Position numbers and translations under genes: made by a program
IMG/VR virus record: IMGVR_UViG_3300046170_000494
Coordinates: 64,001 to 128,000 of that record
Origin: a virus
DNA: 64,000 nucleotides
Strand: one strand, 5' to 3'
The notes under the pieces: generated by a model
Database searches by the model: none
What the model was told of the DNA's origin: nothing
The model's input: only the letters and a program-made list of their open reading frames with translations
In this document: positions 26,710 to 35,809 of the stretch, piece by piece
Layout of the letters: each line of letters starts with the position of its first letter
Numbering within the stretch: position 1 is the first letter of the stretch

Positions 26710-28698
26710 ATGAGCAAAAGAAAATATACTAAACGCTCCGATTATTGGAATAAGTTTGATAAAGATGACGATGATAACCTCAAGCGTTTAATAGAAATTC
26801 CCATCTCAGAACCCTTTTCTTCCGGAGAGCCTTATTACTCTGAATCAAAAGCTTCATCGTATTCCAGAACAGAATCTAAGTCTGACGAGTTTGCATCTAG
26901 GAGAAATGCAACTCATAAATCTAGTAAAAAATTTAGGTTTTCTAATATATCGGGGGGCATGTTGCCTTATGTTTATGGTCATGACGGAGTAAATGTAAGA
27001 GATTCTATTGAGTTGTGTCAAAAAGCTTACGCTAATATATCTGTTTTTAGAAATGCGATTGATGTAATGTCTGAATTTGCTAACTCAAATCTCTATCTCG
27101 AAGGAGGGACTCAAAAATCTAGAGACTTCATATATAAATGGTTTGATAAAGTTAACCTCTGGAACCTTAAGGATCAGTATTTTCGAGAATATTATAGGAG
27201 TGGAAATATATTTTTATACAGAGTAGATGGCGAATTTTCTAAAACAGACTTTGATAAATTGAGTAAGATATATGGATCAACAATATCTTTAAAGCCTGGA
27301 AAATTACCTGTAAAATATATAGTTCTTAATCCTTATGATATTGTTGCGACAAAAGGTTCTTCTTTTGAAACGGCTTTATACGAAAAAATATTATCCGAAT
27401 ATGATATAGAGAGACTTAAAAACCCCAAAACAGACTATGATTTACAGGTATACGAATCATTAGATGAAGATATTAAGGAGAAAATTAAAAATGGAAAATA
27501 TAATCAGGACGGACTTAGGGTTAAATTGGATCCGAGTAATTTGGTTTACTCTTTTTACAAAAAACAAGATTACGAACCTTTTGCTATTCCTTTTGGTTAT
27601 CCTGTGTTAGATGACATTAATTTTAAATTAGAACTAAAAAAAATCGATCAAGCTATATGTAGGACAATTGAAAATGTAATTCTTCTCATTACTATGGGTG
27701 CAGAGCCTGATAAGGGAGGTATTAATCCTCGAAATATGGAGGCGATGCAAAATTTATTTAAGAACGAAAGTGTCGGGAGGGTTTTGGTTAGTGACTATAC
27801 AACAAAAGCTCAATTTATTATACCTGATATTGGTAAGGTGGTTGGCCCCGCTAAATATGAAGTAATTAATAATGACATTAAAGAAGGTTTGCAAAATGTT
27901 ATTGTCGGAGATGAAAGGTATAGCAATACTCAAGTGAAAGCTAAGATATTCTTAGAAAGATTAAAAGAGTCTAGGAATGCTTTTATTTATGATTTTTTGC
28001 AACCTCAAATAAAAATGATTTGCCAGAATTTAGGGTTTAGAAAATACCCGAAAGTCAAGTTTGAGGAGACGGATATTAAAGACGAAGTTCAATTACAGAG
28101 GGTCGCTACTAGACTAATGGAATTAGGCTTAATTACTCCACAACAAGGAATGACCGCGATAGAAAAAGGTATATACCCTAATCCCGAAGAATTGGATGCA
28201 GCTCAGGAGGAGTATATAGAGCAAAGGAAGAATGGGTTATATAATCCAATAGTAGGTGGAGTACCAATGGTTTCCCCTGAAGTTGGGGTTACTGAGACAG
28301 AGGTTCGAAACAATACGACAAAAAATGAAGTTGGTAGACCTGTAGGAACTTCTGATATACCTCAAGAATCTTCAGCATCTTTATTTAGTAGAGAAGATAT
28401 TCAATCTGTTATTTATAACACAGAAGAATTAAGAAACTTTGCTCTAGCTGAAATTAAAAATAAACTTAAAAGAAAAAGATTACGAAAACAAGAGAAAAAT
28501 ATGATTGATGAATTATGTCAATCAGTTATAATTTCAACTAATAATAAAAAGTGGAAGGATAGGATTGCATCATGCATTAATGATTCTAGTAATATAGGAA
28601 ATTTACATCCAAAGACAGAAGTGCAAGATATAGCTTCAGAGTATAATCTTGATTTGTATTCTGCAGCTTTGTTATATCATAGCCAAAAGGAGGTTTAA
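26710..28698 (+). CDS. Probable portal protein
   Basis: FRNAIDVMSE, YFREYYRSGNIF, KQDYEPFAIP, ILLITMG pattern and 662-aa size resemble large-phage portals (recognition only). Confidence 0.6.
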   Translation: MSKRKYTKRSDYWNKFDKDDDDNLKRLIEIPISEPFSSGEPYYSESKASSYSRTESKSDEFASRRNATHKSSKKFRFSNISGGMLPYVYGHDGVNVRDSIELCQKAYANISVFRNAIDVMSEFANSNLYLEGGTQKSRDFIYKWFDKVNLWNLKDQYFREYYRSGNIFLYRVDGEFSKTDFDKLSKIYGSTISLKPGKLPVKYIVLNPYDIVATKGSSFETALYEKILSEYDIERLKNPKTDYDLQVYESLDEDIKEKIKNGKYNQDGLRVKLDPSNLVYSFYKKQDYEPFAIPFGYPVLDDINFKLELKKIDQAICRTIENVILLITMGAEPDKGGINPRNMEAMQNLFKNESVGRVLVSDYTTKAQFIIPDIGKVVGPAKYEVINNDIKEGLQNVIVGDERYSNTQVKAKIFLERLKESRNAFIYDFLQPQIKMICQNLGFRKYPKVKFEETDIKDEVQLQRVATRLMELGLITPQQGMTAIEKGIYPNPEELDAAQEEYIEQRKNGLYNPIVGGVPMVSPEVGVTETEVRNNTTKNEVGRPVGTSDIPQESSASLFSREDIQSVIYNTEELRNFALAEIKNKLKRKRLRKQEKNMIDELCQSVIISTNNKKWKDRIASCINDSSNIGNLHPKTEVQDIASEYNLDLYSAALLYHSQKEV

Positions 28699-28701
28699 GA
28701 A

Positions 28702-29211
28702 ATGGGAGCCTTCGAAACTTTCGTAAATGCTAACTTAGGTATAAGAAAGCCTTTAATCCTTGATTCCGGGCATCCAACCGGAAGCTTTAAAGCTGCAGGT
28801 ATAGTTGGTTCTGAATATATAGATACTGATACGAATGAAATCTACGAGAAGACTGGGGAAAATAATTTACGCGATTGGTCTTTAATTAGGAAACTTGGAG
28901 ACTCGCTTGAGGATTCTCAGTCATCTGTTTCTGCTCAAAGTTTTTCTGCATCGATAAACGTTCCATTAAATGCAGATAATTTAAATATAAAGTTCGATGA
29001 TTTAGGTAACGAGAATGTATATCTTGAAGCTCCTAGGGTTTTTGTTTCCTTGAGGTTTAATGATTTACCTGAAGATCTGTATGCTCACTCTATTTATGGA
29101 GTAAATTCAGAAGGTTTTAATATTCAACTGTCAGACGAAATGGCTCAAACAGGTTGTTATTTAGATGTACTGGTTACTGCTTCACCGGATCAAATTAGCG
29201 GTTCATTTTAA
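28702..29211 (+). CDS. Putative structural protein with a C-terminal beta-sandwich
   Basis: YIDTDTNEIYEK head motif; APRVFVSL...SEGFNIQLS tail; AGGAGG upstream. Confidence 0.5.
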   Translation: MGAFETFVNANLGIRKPLILDSGHPTGSFKAAGIVGSEYIDTDTNEIYEKTGENNLRDWSLIRKLGDSLEDSQSSVSAQSFSASINVPLNADNLNIKFDDLGNENVYLEAPRVFVSLRFNDLPEDLYAHSIYGVNSEGFNIQLSDEMAQTGCYLDVLVTASPDQISGSF

Positions 29212-29886
29212 AGGCTTTAAGTTTCTTGCTATTATTTCAAATATAGATTTTTTTATTTGTTCGTCACCTTTGTCCCATTTATACATTATATCATTTTTTA
29301 TATGGTTCATTTGTTGCTCCATTTTTTCGATCTCTTTTTTTAATTGATCTATAAATTCAGGAGAAATTGTTTTAACGCCCACGTTAAGTTCTAGGGCTAC
29401 TTTAAGTATTTTGCGAAAATCTCCATTCTGTTTACCTTCAATGACCTCATTGTACATATCTAACCTTTCATTGGTTTCGTTTTCAGGTAAATCTTTATTT
29501 AAATCCGGGTGAGTTTTTTTAACAACTTCACGAAATAAATCATTCATCTCGTCATTAGATAACTCTGTTGACTTATCTTTTTTATCTGGAACAGATTCAA
29601 ATGGGTGTTGTATTTTTTTATTGTCGCAATATTCAAGCATGGCTGCAATAAACTTTCTTCTAATTTCTTCAAATTCTTCAACCAGCTCTTCATGTTCTAG
29701 ATTGAGATAGATCGCTTTATGCCTTAATTTATTGAAAACTTTCTTTAGTCTTTTTTGAGCTTCTGGCGCAGAATACTTGACAGGTAAGTTTTCTTTTATA
29801 TATTTTTTATTATCGGGCTCATATTTACCTAGTGGATGTTTTTCTCTTTCTGAGAATAAATCATTAAACAAATCTTTTCTATTCAT
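29203..29886 (-). CDS. J-domain (DnaJ-like) protein
   Basis: LFREVVKKTHPDLN...MYNEVIEG with HPD motif. Confidence 0.7.
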   Translation of the reverse strand: MNRKDLFNDLFSEREKHPLGKYEPDNKKYIKENLPVKYSAPEAQKRLKKVFNKLRHKAIYLNLEHEELVEEFEEIRRKFIAAMLEYCDNKKIQHPFESVPDKKDKSTELSNDEMNDLFREVVKKTHPDLNKDLPENETNERLDMYNEVIEGKQNGDFRKILKVALELNVGVKTISPEFIDQLKKEIEKMEQQMNHIKNDIMYKWDKGDEQIKKSIFEIIARNLKPLK

Positions 29887-29895
29887 ATATTATTT

Positions 29896-29926
29896 TACAC
29901 AAAAAAGGCGACCCCAAGGGGTCGCC
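29896..29926 (-). terminator. Rho-independent terminator fused to a GTGTA promoter
   Basis: GGCGACCC-CTTG-GGGTCGCC-TTTTTT-GTGTA-N9-ATG (29886). Confidence 0.85.
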
Positions 29927-29956
29927 AAAGATAAAGAATATCTTTCTCGTTAGGTT

Positions 29957-31282
29957 TTACCCAATAGAAGCAATTAACTCTACTGTGTAATTTGCAGAAG
30001 GTGTGTTATCTGCAAATGTTACAGTAGCAGCGCTTGCGCTAACTGAGGAAACCATGCATGCGATGATTGGATCGTTTGCATCAGAGCTTTTTAATTGAGC
30101 TACAACAATTGGGGTTGATGCAAATGTGCGACCAAAACTAATTGAGCCGGAATTGTCAACACCGTTACCCACACTTGTGCTAACTGCGACTACATCATTT
30201 GTTGCGATAATAGCTGCGAGGCTAGAGATATCACTATCAGTAGTTGCTTCATCAGCGTCGCGTTGAGCTTGTAAGCTAGAAACGTCACTCTCAAGGTCTC
30301 CTGTACCTGCGCTATTAAGAGCTGCAAGACTGGAAACGTCGCTCTCAAGGTCTCCCTTGTTAGTTGAGATATCACCAGCAAGACTGGAAACGTCGCTATC
30401 AGTAGCTGCTTCGTCAGCTACGCGCTGAACTTGAAGGCTGGAAACGTCGCTCTCAAGGTCTCCCTTGTTTGTTGCGATATCACCAGCAAGACTGGAAACA
30501 TCACTATCAGTAGTTCCTTCGTCAGCGTCGCGTTGAGCTTGAAGACTGGAAATATTGCTCTCTAAATCTCCTGTGCTTCCTGCAGATATAGCTGCAAGGC
30601 TGGAAACGTCACTCTCAAGGTCTCCCTTGTTAGTTGAGATATCACCAGCAAGACTGGAAACGTCGCTCTCAAGGTCTCCCTTGTTTGTTGCGATATCACC
30701 AGCAAGGCTAGAAACGTCACTATCAGTAGTTCCTTCGTCAGCGTCGCGTTGAGCTTGAAGACTGGAAATATTGCTCTCTAAATCTCCTGTGCTTCCTGCA
30801 GATATAGCTGCAAGGCTGGAAACGTCACTCTCAAGGTCTCCCTTGTTAGTTGAGATATCACCAGCAAGACTGGAAACGTCGCTATCAGTAGCTGCTTCGT
30901 CAGCTACGCGCTGAACTTGAAGGCTGGAAACGTCGCTCTCAAGGTCTCCCTTGTTTGTTGCGATATCACCAGCAAGGCTAGAAACGTCACTATCAGTAGT
31001 TCCTTCGTCAGCGTCGCGTTGAGCTTGAAGGCTGGAAATACTGCTCTCTAAATCTCCTGTGCTTCCTGCAGATATAGCTGCAAGGCTAGAGATATCGCTA
31101 TCAGTGTTTCCTTCGTCCGCTACTCTTTGAGCGTGTAAACTAGAGATATCATTTTCAATAGTTTGACGAGACATTAATGTGCTACCGCTTGCGCTTTTAA
31201 TTTCAAAAGCGTTTTCGGAGCTCGCTTCAAGGAGGAGATTACCTCCAAGATTTAATGATTCAGTACGGAATATTTTTGCCAT
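29957..31282 (-). CDS. Ser-rich coiled-coil fibre with 18-aa repeats and a C-terminal lectin-like tip
   Basis: 17 full S[DNS][VI]SSL-anchored units; C-terminal SGSISFGRTFASTPIVVAQL resembles H-type lectin/fibre-tip folds. Confidence 0.65.
   Translation of the reverse strand: MAKIFRTESLNLGGNLLLEASSENAFEIKSASGSTLMSRQTIENDISSLHAQRVADEGNTDSDISSLAAISAGSTGDLESSISSLQAQRDADEGTTDSDVSSLAGDIATNKGDLESDVSSLQVQRVADEAATDSDVSSLAGDISTNKGDLESDVSSLAAISAGSTGDLESNISSLQAQRDADEGTTDSDVSSLAGDIATNKGDLESDVSSLAGDISTNKGDLESDVSSLAAISAGSTGDLESNISSLQAQRDADEGTTDSDVSSLAGDIATNKGDLESDVSSLQVQRVADEAATDSDVSSLAGDISTNKGDLESDVSSLAALNSAGTGDLESDVSSLQAQRDADEATTDSDISSLAAIIATNDVVAVSTSVGNGVDNSGSISFGRTFASTPIVVAQLKSSDANDPIIACMVSSVSASAATVTFADNTPSANYTVELIASIG
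30218..31153 (-). repeat. 54-bp (18-aa) tandem repeat array of three unit types
   Basis: 18 SSL anchors spaced exactly 18 aa apart. Confidence 0.95.
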
Positions 31283-31347
31283 ACAGTAATATATACCTTA
31301 AAACTATAGTTTTGGGAAGTTTATTTTTTAATAAATCCAGATAAATA

Positions 31348-32133
31348 CTAGCATCCAAGGTGATTCCAGTAACTCATAAATATCTTCTTTAATTCATAAG
31401 GATAAGCCATAAAATGTAATATAAATGTGTCATTATTTACTAACCTTGGGTCAGTATTAAATTCTTTCATTTTAAATATTTTTCTATTAAAACCAAAGCC
31501 ATCACTCTTTTTTAATATCTCGCATAATATTTCTTGATCTCCTCCGCTGGCGTACAATGAAGATTTATCTCCATCGAAATCTCGCCATTTTTTTATTATG
31601 TTTTTTGTATATTGATGAGATTTAAAGAATAATACCCCGCTATTTAGCATGCAATGATCGCCAATATCTTTTGTTGCAAGTATGAATTTTTTCGGAGCTT
31701 TTTCTATAATTGATTCAAGTTTTTTTTCTGGATTAAAAATTAACGTGTCTGAATCCATCCATACAATATAATCGTGATCATCAATATGATTAAGTAACGC
31801 TTGGGATTTTGACCAATTCGGACTTCCGTTTTTATCTAAATTTTCTCTGTAGACGTAAAAGCTGTAACCCTGCTTTTCGCAGTATTCTTTAATACTTTTT
31901 TCTGAGTAAATAGCGAATTCAGAAATCTCTTTCGTATACAGGCTGACGATTGCAATCTTCTTAAATGGATTAAAACAATTGAATTTATCTTTAGGTTCTT
32001 CAATCACAGGTATTTGCGAGCTTATGTATTTAACCCAATCAAAAAGCTTTCTGTGTTTTCCAAATCTATCATTATTGAAAAAACTTAACCATTGATTTTT
32101 GAGATCTATTAATTCTTGTTGTTTTTTATTCAT
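31348..32133 (-). CDS. Glycosyltransferase GT34-like (MNN10/GMA12)
   Basis: WSK...YIVWMDSDT, LNSGVLFFK, GDQEIL. Confidence 0.82.
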   Translation of the reverse strand: MNKKQQELIDLKNQWLSFFNNDRFGKHRKLFDWVKYISSQIPVIEEPKDKFNCFNPFKKIAIVSLYTKEISEFAIYSEKSIKEYCEKQGYSFYVYRENLDKNGSPNWSKSQALLNHIDDHDYIVWMDSDTLIFNPEKKLESIIEKAPKKFILATKDIGDHCMLNSGVLFFKSHQYTKNIIKKWRDFDGDKSSLYASGGDQEILCEILKKSDGFGFNRKIFKMKEFNTDPRLVNNDTFILHFMAYPYELKKIFMSYWNHLGC

Positions 32134-33635
32134 TTGAATTTCATTTTATTTTTATCTATAGGGTTTCTTACCCCCCAATGTTCAACTCCACTTTCATCGT
32201 ACATAGCTTCTTTACCTAAACCATTAGCTATATTGAATGTATTTTTATCGTATTTAAATAGAAAAGTCTCTTCGGGCGGAGTTTCTATGAAAATTTGAAT
32301 ATACTTTGATTCATTTATCTTTTCAATTATTTTATCTAAAACTTCTTCGCTTGGATGTCTTTCTAGACTGTGTCCATAAATCATTTTAGTTAAAGCGTGA
32401 AAATATGTAATTGGCGCTAATGTTAATATATCTTGCCAACCTGACCTTCTTCTCCTTAACATTAAATCTAATGCTGATTTATGTAGTGGATTATTTGGGG
32501 CGCTAATCATAATATCTTGAGAAAAGTCTATGATTTTTCCATGATTGGAGTGCAGGGGTAAAACGCATTTTGCGTTTTTTTGTATAATTGAGTCTAGATC
32601 TTTATTTGTATGTCTATCTATATCTGTATATAGGCCACCTTCGTTAACTATTTTTAATAGACGCCATGTGTCAACTTTTGATACTATCGGTGCGTCTTTA
32701 ATTAAATTGTAGTCTACGCTTGATAAGTTCTCCTTTAAATAAGTTTCTACTTCGTTATCATCTGAGATGATAAGCTCCCAGTTAGGGTTTAACTTAATTA
32801 AATTCTGTATTCCATTTATAGCTAATTGATTTGAACTTTCTAAGATAGATTTATCTTTCCATGAAATATGAATTTTTTTAGGTATAGATGGTAGAGGTTC
32901 AAGTAAATCATCTAGATTTTTTGATTGAGAACTTATTCTCATAATAGAAGAATTATTAAAAAAACTAGATTTCTTTTTGGGTAAATTAATCGGATCAGAA
33001 TATACTTTTTTATGATACTTGCTATTATCTAGTTCAAAATTAGTTGCAGCTTCCCTACCTCCGAACTTTAAATCCTGAAGAAAAATAGGTTTCTTAAGAG
33101 CGTATACATTATAATTTGTCTGCATTTCCGCAGCAAAAACATCCCAAATTTTATCTTGATAAAAACCATCGATCATAGCTTTCTGATAAGCCGCTGCGCC
33201 GAGAGCGCTGCAAATCATTATTGAGTGACCGCTTAACATATTAAATATTTGATAAGTATTTTCATCTACCTCTTTTGCAGAGATATCATCAACAGCTTTA
33301 CCGTTATTCATTGCAAGCTGGGACAAACCTAGATAAAACAAATCAGCATCATACGGAATATCTATCTCTTCTGGCATTTCCCTGAAAAAAGAAATATCGT
33401 CCTCTAATATCACAAAGGGTTGAAATGGTTTGTCATTATCTTGATCCCTTAACCCTGCCTCAATCATTCTTGCATGACCTATACTTCCAGATTTTTCTTT
33501 TGATATACCTATTTCAAAAGGTAGTACTTTTTTGCATTGATAATATTTTAATATAGATTCTACATGTTTAGAGTTTTCACTATCTTCTGTTTTTGTTAGA
33601 TAATAAAATTTAATATTATTTGTTTTGAGTATCAT
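32130..33635 (-). CDS. Two-domain glycosyltransferase (GT25-like + GT32 DXD)
   Basis: FVILEDD in the N-domain; IPKKIH...DTWRLLKIVNEGGLYTDID in the C-domain. Confidence 0.8.
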   Translation of the reverse strand: MILKTNNIKFYYLTKTEDSENSKHVESILKYYQCKKVLPFEIGISKEKSGSIGHARMIEAGLRDQDNDKPFQPFVILEDDISFFREMPEEIDIPYDADLFYLGLSQLAMNNGKAVDDISAKEVDENTYQIFNMLSGHSIMICSALGAAAYQKAMIDGFYQDKIWDVFAAEMQTNYNVYALKKPIFLQDLKFGGREAATNFELDNSKYHKKVYSDPINLPKKKSSFFNNSSIMRISSQSKNLDDLLEPLPSIPKKIHISWKDKSILESSNQLAINGIQNLIKLNPNWELIISDDNEVETYLKENLSSVDYNLIKDAPIVSKVDTWRLLKIVNEGGLYTDIDRHTNKDLDSIIQKNAKCVLPLHSNHGKIIDFSQDIMISAPNNPLHKSALDLMLRRRRSGWQDILTLAPITYFHALTKMIYGHSLERHPSEEVLDKIIEKINESKYIQIFIETPPEETFLFKYDKNTFNIANGLGKEAMYDESGVEHWGVRNPIDKNKMKFK

Positions 33636-34716
33636 CTATTATTTTCTTATATACATTAATGTTGTTTGTATTATATGGACTATATTTATTTAGGAAATTT
33701 CTATTATCTTCCCTGCTTTGATCTAGTGTTTTTGAATGATTAAGTATAGCGTTCTTTAATTGGTTTGCGCCAAAATCTACATCGCAGTCTGGATAATAAT
33801 AACCTACATCTTGTAAAGTTGGCGAATTATGTATTAAGGGCAGGTTTAAAAATAAAGCCTCGAGATAACTGTAGTTTAGTTCATTTTTTATTTGATGGCT
33901 AACTATAGTGCTTCCAAATTTACTTAAAGCGTTGAGAGAACCCCATCTTTTATTAAAGTAGCAAAAGTCTTTCTTTTTAACTACACTTAGTCTATTCATT
34001 AGTTTTTCAAAAAATGGATTAAACTTAATTCGTTGACAACAGAATAAATTTACAGATTTCATTATTTCCGAATCCTTGTGATAGAGGTTTTCGCATATAT
34101 TAATTGGCACTATACAATTTTTAATATATGAAATATTAGGTTCAAAGATACATATTTTATGGCTTCTGGCTTGTGTATAATTAGGATCCAAGCCTTTGTA
34201 TTTTAATTCTTGTATCTTATCTTCTACGAAAAATGAATCCCATATAAATGGTATGACTATAACTTTTTCAAAATTATAATATGTCTTAATATAGTTTTTT
34301 GAAAATTCATGTTGCGGGGATATCCAGATTTGATCTAGATATTTTGGCTTTTCTAATGGAAGCTTTGCGCTTTTATCTAATAAGGAGTGATGTATGTCGT
34401 CCATTAATTTATTGCCAAAATGAATCAAAATTGTATTGAAATTTTTATTTCTAGATTTAAATTTATCGTACATCTCTGGCAGTAAATCAAATCCAGCTAC
34501 TATTATTAGATCTAAGCTTTCGTTGTCATCAGATAATAAGTCATCTAATAGCATGCCTTTGTGATCTTTTTTTAATTTATGTAATGGCTCTTTATATGTA
34601 ATGTAGAAACATTCGTGGCCGCATCTTTGTATCATTTCGTACAAGAAGACTATATTTTGTTGCATCCCGTTCGCCCAGAAGGCGACCGACATATCGAGGG
34701 TTATTCCTATTTTCAT
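33616..34716 (-). CDS. DUF2827 family protein (GT-B-like)
   Basis: MKIGIT...FWANGMQQN, IFEPNI, VSHQ..NELNYSYLE, PLIHNS...GYYYPD. Confidence 0.82.
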   Translation of the reverse strand: MKIGITLDMSVAFWANGMQQNIVFLYEMIQRCGHECFYITYKEPLHKLKKDHKGMLLDDLLSDDNESLDLIIVAGFDLLPEMYDKFKSRNKNFNTILIHFGNKLMDDIHHSLLDKSAKLPLEKPKYLDQIWISPQHEFSKNYIKTYYNFEKVIVIPFIWDSFFVEDKIQELKYKGLDPNYTQARSHKICIFEPNISYIKNCIVPINICENLYHKDSEIMKSVNLFCCQRIKFNPFFEKLMNRLSVVKKKDFCYFNKRWGSLNALSKFGSTIVSHQIKNELNYSYLEALFLNLPLIHNSPTLQDVGYYYPDCDVDFGANQLKNAILNHSKTLDQSREDNRNFLNKYSPYNTNNINVYKKIIDDTQNK

Positions 34717-35792
34717 GACAATAATTTTTTATATTTTTCTATAACAAGTGGATTTTTGGGTGAATATTTGTAAATTGTTTTTCTAGAGTTTTCTTTGTAA
34801 GATTCCAGGTTTTGATCGTGGTAGTTTAGGGCTAGTTCTAAAGCTCTACTTCCAAGTTTAGTGTCGTAATCAGGGTAATAATATCCTGCTGATTTAATAA
34901 TATTGGAATTATGAACTAATGGAAAATTGAAATGTAACGCTTCGAGATAAGTATAATTCAGGGCATTTAGTAGTTGGTTGGAGATAAATATATTGGATAA
35001 GCCTGTGAATATTTTGGTCACTTTTATTCTCGGCTTGAATTCAATTTTATTTTCTTTTGTAATGTTGAGTTTCCACATTAAAGATTTGAAGTATTTTTTA
35101 TCTAAAAACTTTGATGCGCAATAAACAGATATTTTGTTGAAATCTTCTTTACTTATATTTGAAAAATATTCCTCCGCTATCATAATTGAAGGGAGGCAGT
35201 GCTTAGTTATGTTTAAATTAGGTTCGAGTATACCAATATTTTTCTCTTCTCCTGCCTTATAGTAGCATGTTTTGTTTATTTTATTCCAGATTTTTTCATG
35301 AATATCTACATATTTAGGGCTCCAGATATAAGGTAATTCGAATATTTTTTCCGTATGATAATACGTTTTATAGTAATTGTAGGAAAATTTATAATGGGGA
35401 GATATCCAAACTTCGTCAGCGGTTTCATTATCTATTGCTAAGTGATCCTGCCAACTACATCTTTCTATATCGGCTAGCATTCCGTTGCCATAAACTATAT
35501 GAATATTTTTAAAACTTTTATTTTTTTGCCTTATTAATGAAATCGTGGAAGATTCTATTAGCCAGGCAGTGTTTAGTACAAAAGCTAAATCATCACAATA
35601 ATCTAAGATTTCATTTTTTTCAATAATTATAATATCACATGGAGGATCAACACATTTATCTATGTCATGATTTACTGCAATAATAGGATTGAATCCTAAA
35701 TTAATTAATAATTCAGATAAAAATACAATATTTTGCTGCAAACCATTACTAAAAAGCCCGTTTTCAAAATTAGCTGTCAATAAAACTTTCAT
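34713..35792 (-). CDS. DUF2827 family protein, paralog
   Basis: LFSNGLQQN, LEPNL, SNQLLNALNYTYLE, PLVHNS...GYYYPD. Confidence 0.82.
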   Translation of the reverse strand: MKVLLTANFENGLFSNGLQQNIVFLSELLINLGFNPIIAVNHDIDKCVDPPCDIIIIEKNEILDYCDDLAFVLNTAWLIESSTISLIRQKNKSFKNIHIVYGNGMLADIERCSWQDHLAIDNETADEVWISPHYKFSYNYYKTYYHTEKIFELPYIWSPKYVDIHEKIWNKINKTCYYKAGEEKNIGILEPNLNITKHCLPSIMIAEEYFSNISKEDFNKISVYCASKFLDKKYFKSLMWKLNITKENKIEFKPRIKVTKIFTGLSNIFISNQLLNALNYTYLEALHFNFPLVHNSNIIKSAGYYYPDYDTKLGSRALELALNYHDQNLESYKENSRKTIYKYSPKNPLVIEKYKKLLS

Positions 35793-35802
35793 TGACTTAA
35801 TT

Positions 35803-35807
35803 TACAC
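35803..35807 (-). promoter_or_regulatory. GTGTA promoter motif
   Basis: GTGTA-N10-ATG (35792). Confidence 0.6.
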
Positions 35808-35809
35808 AA

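Noticed and set aside
31283-31298. GTGTA motif for the SSL-repeat fibre gene
   Set aside because: Only AGGTA at 11 nt; too degenerate to count.
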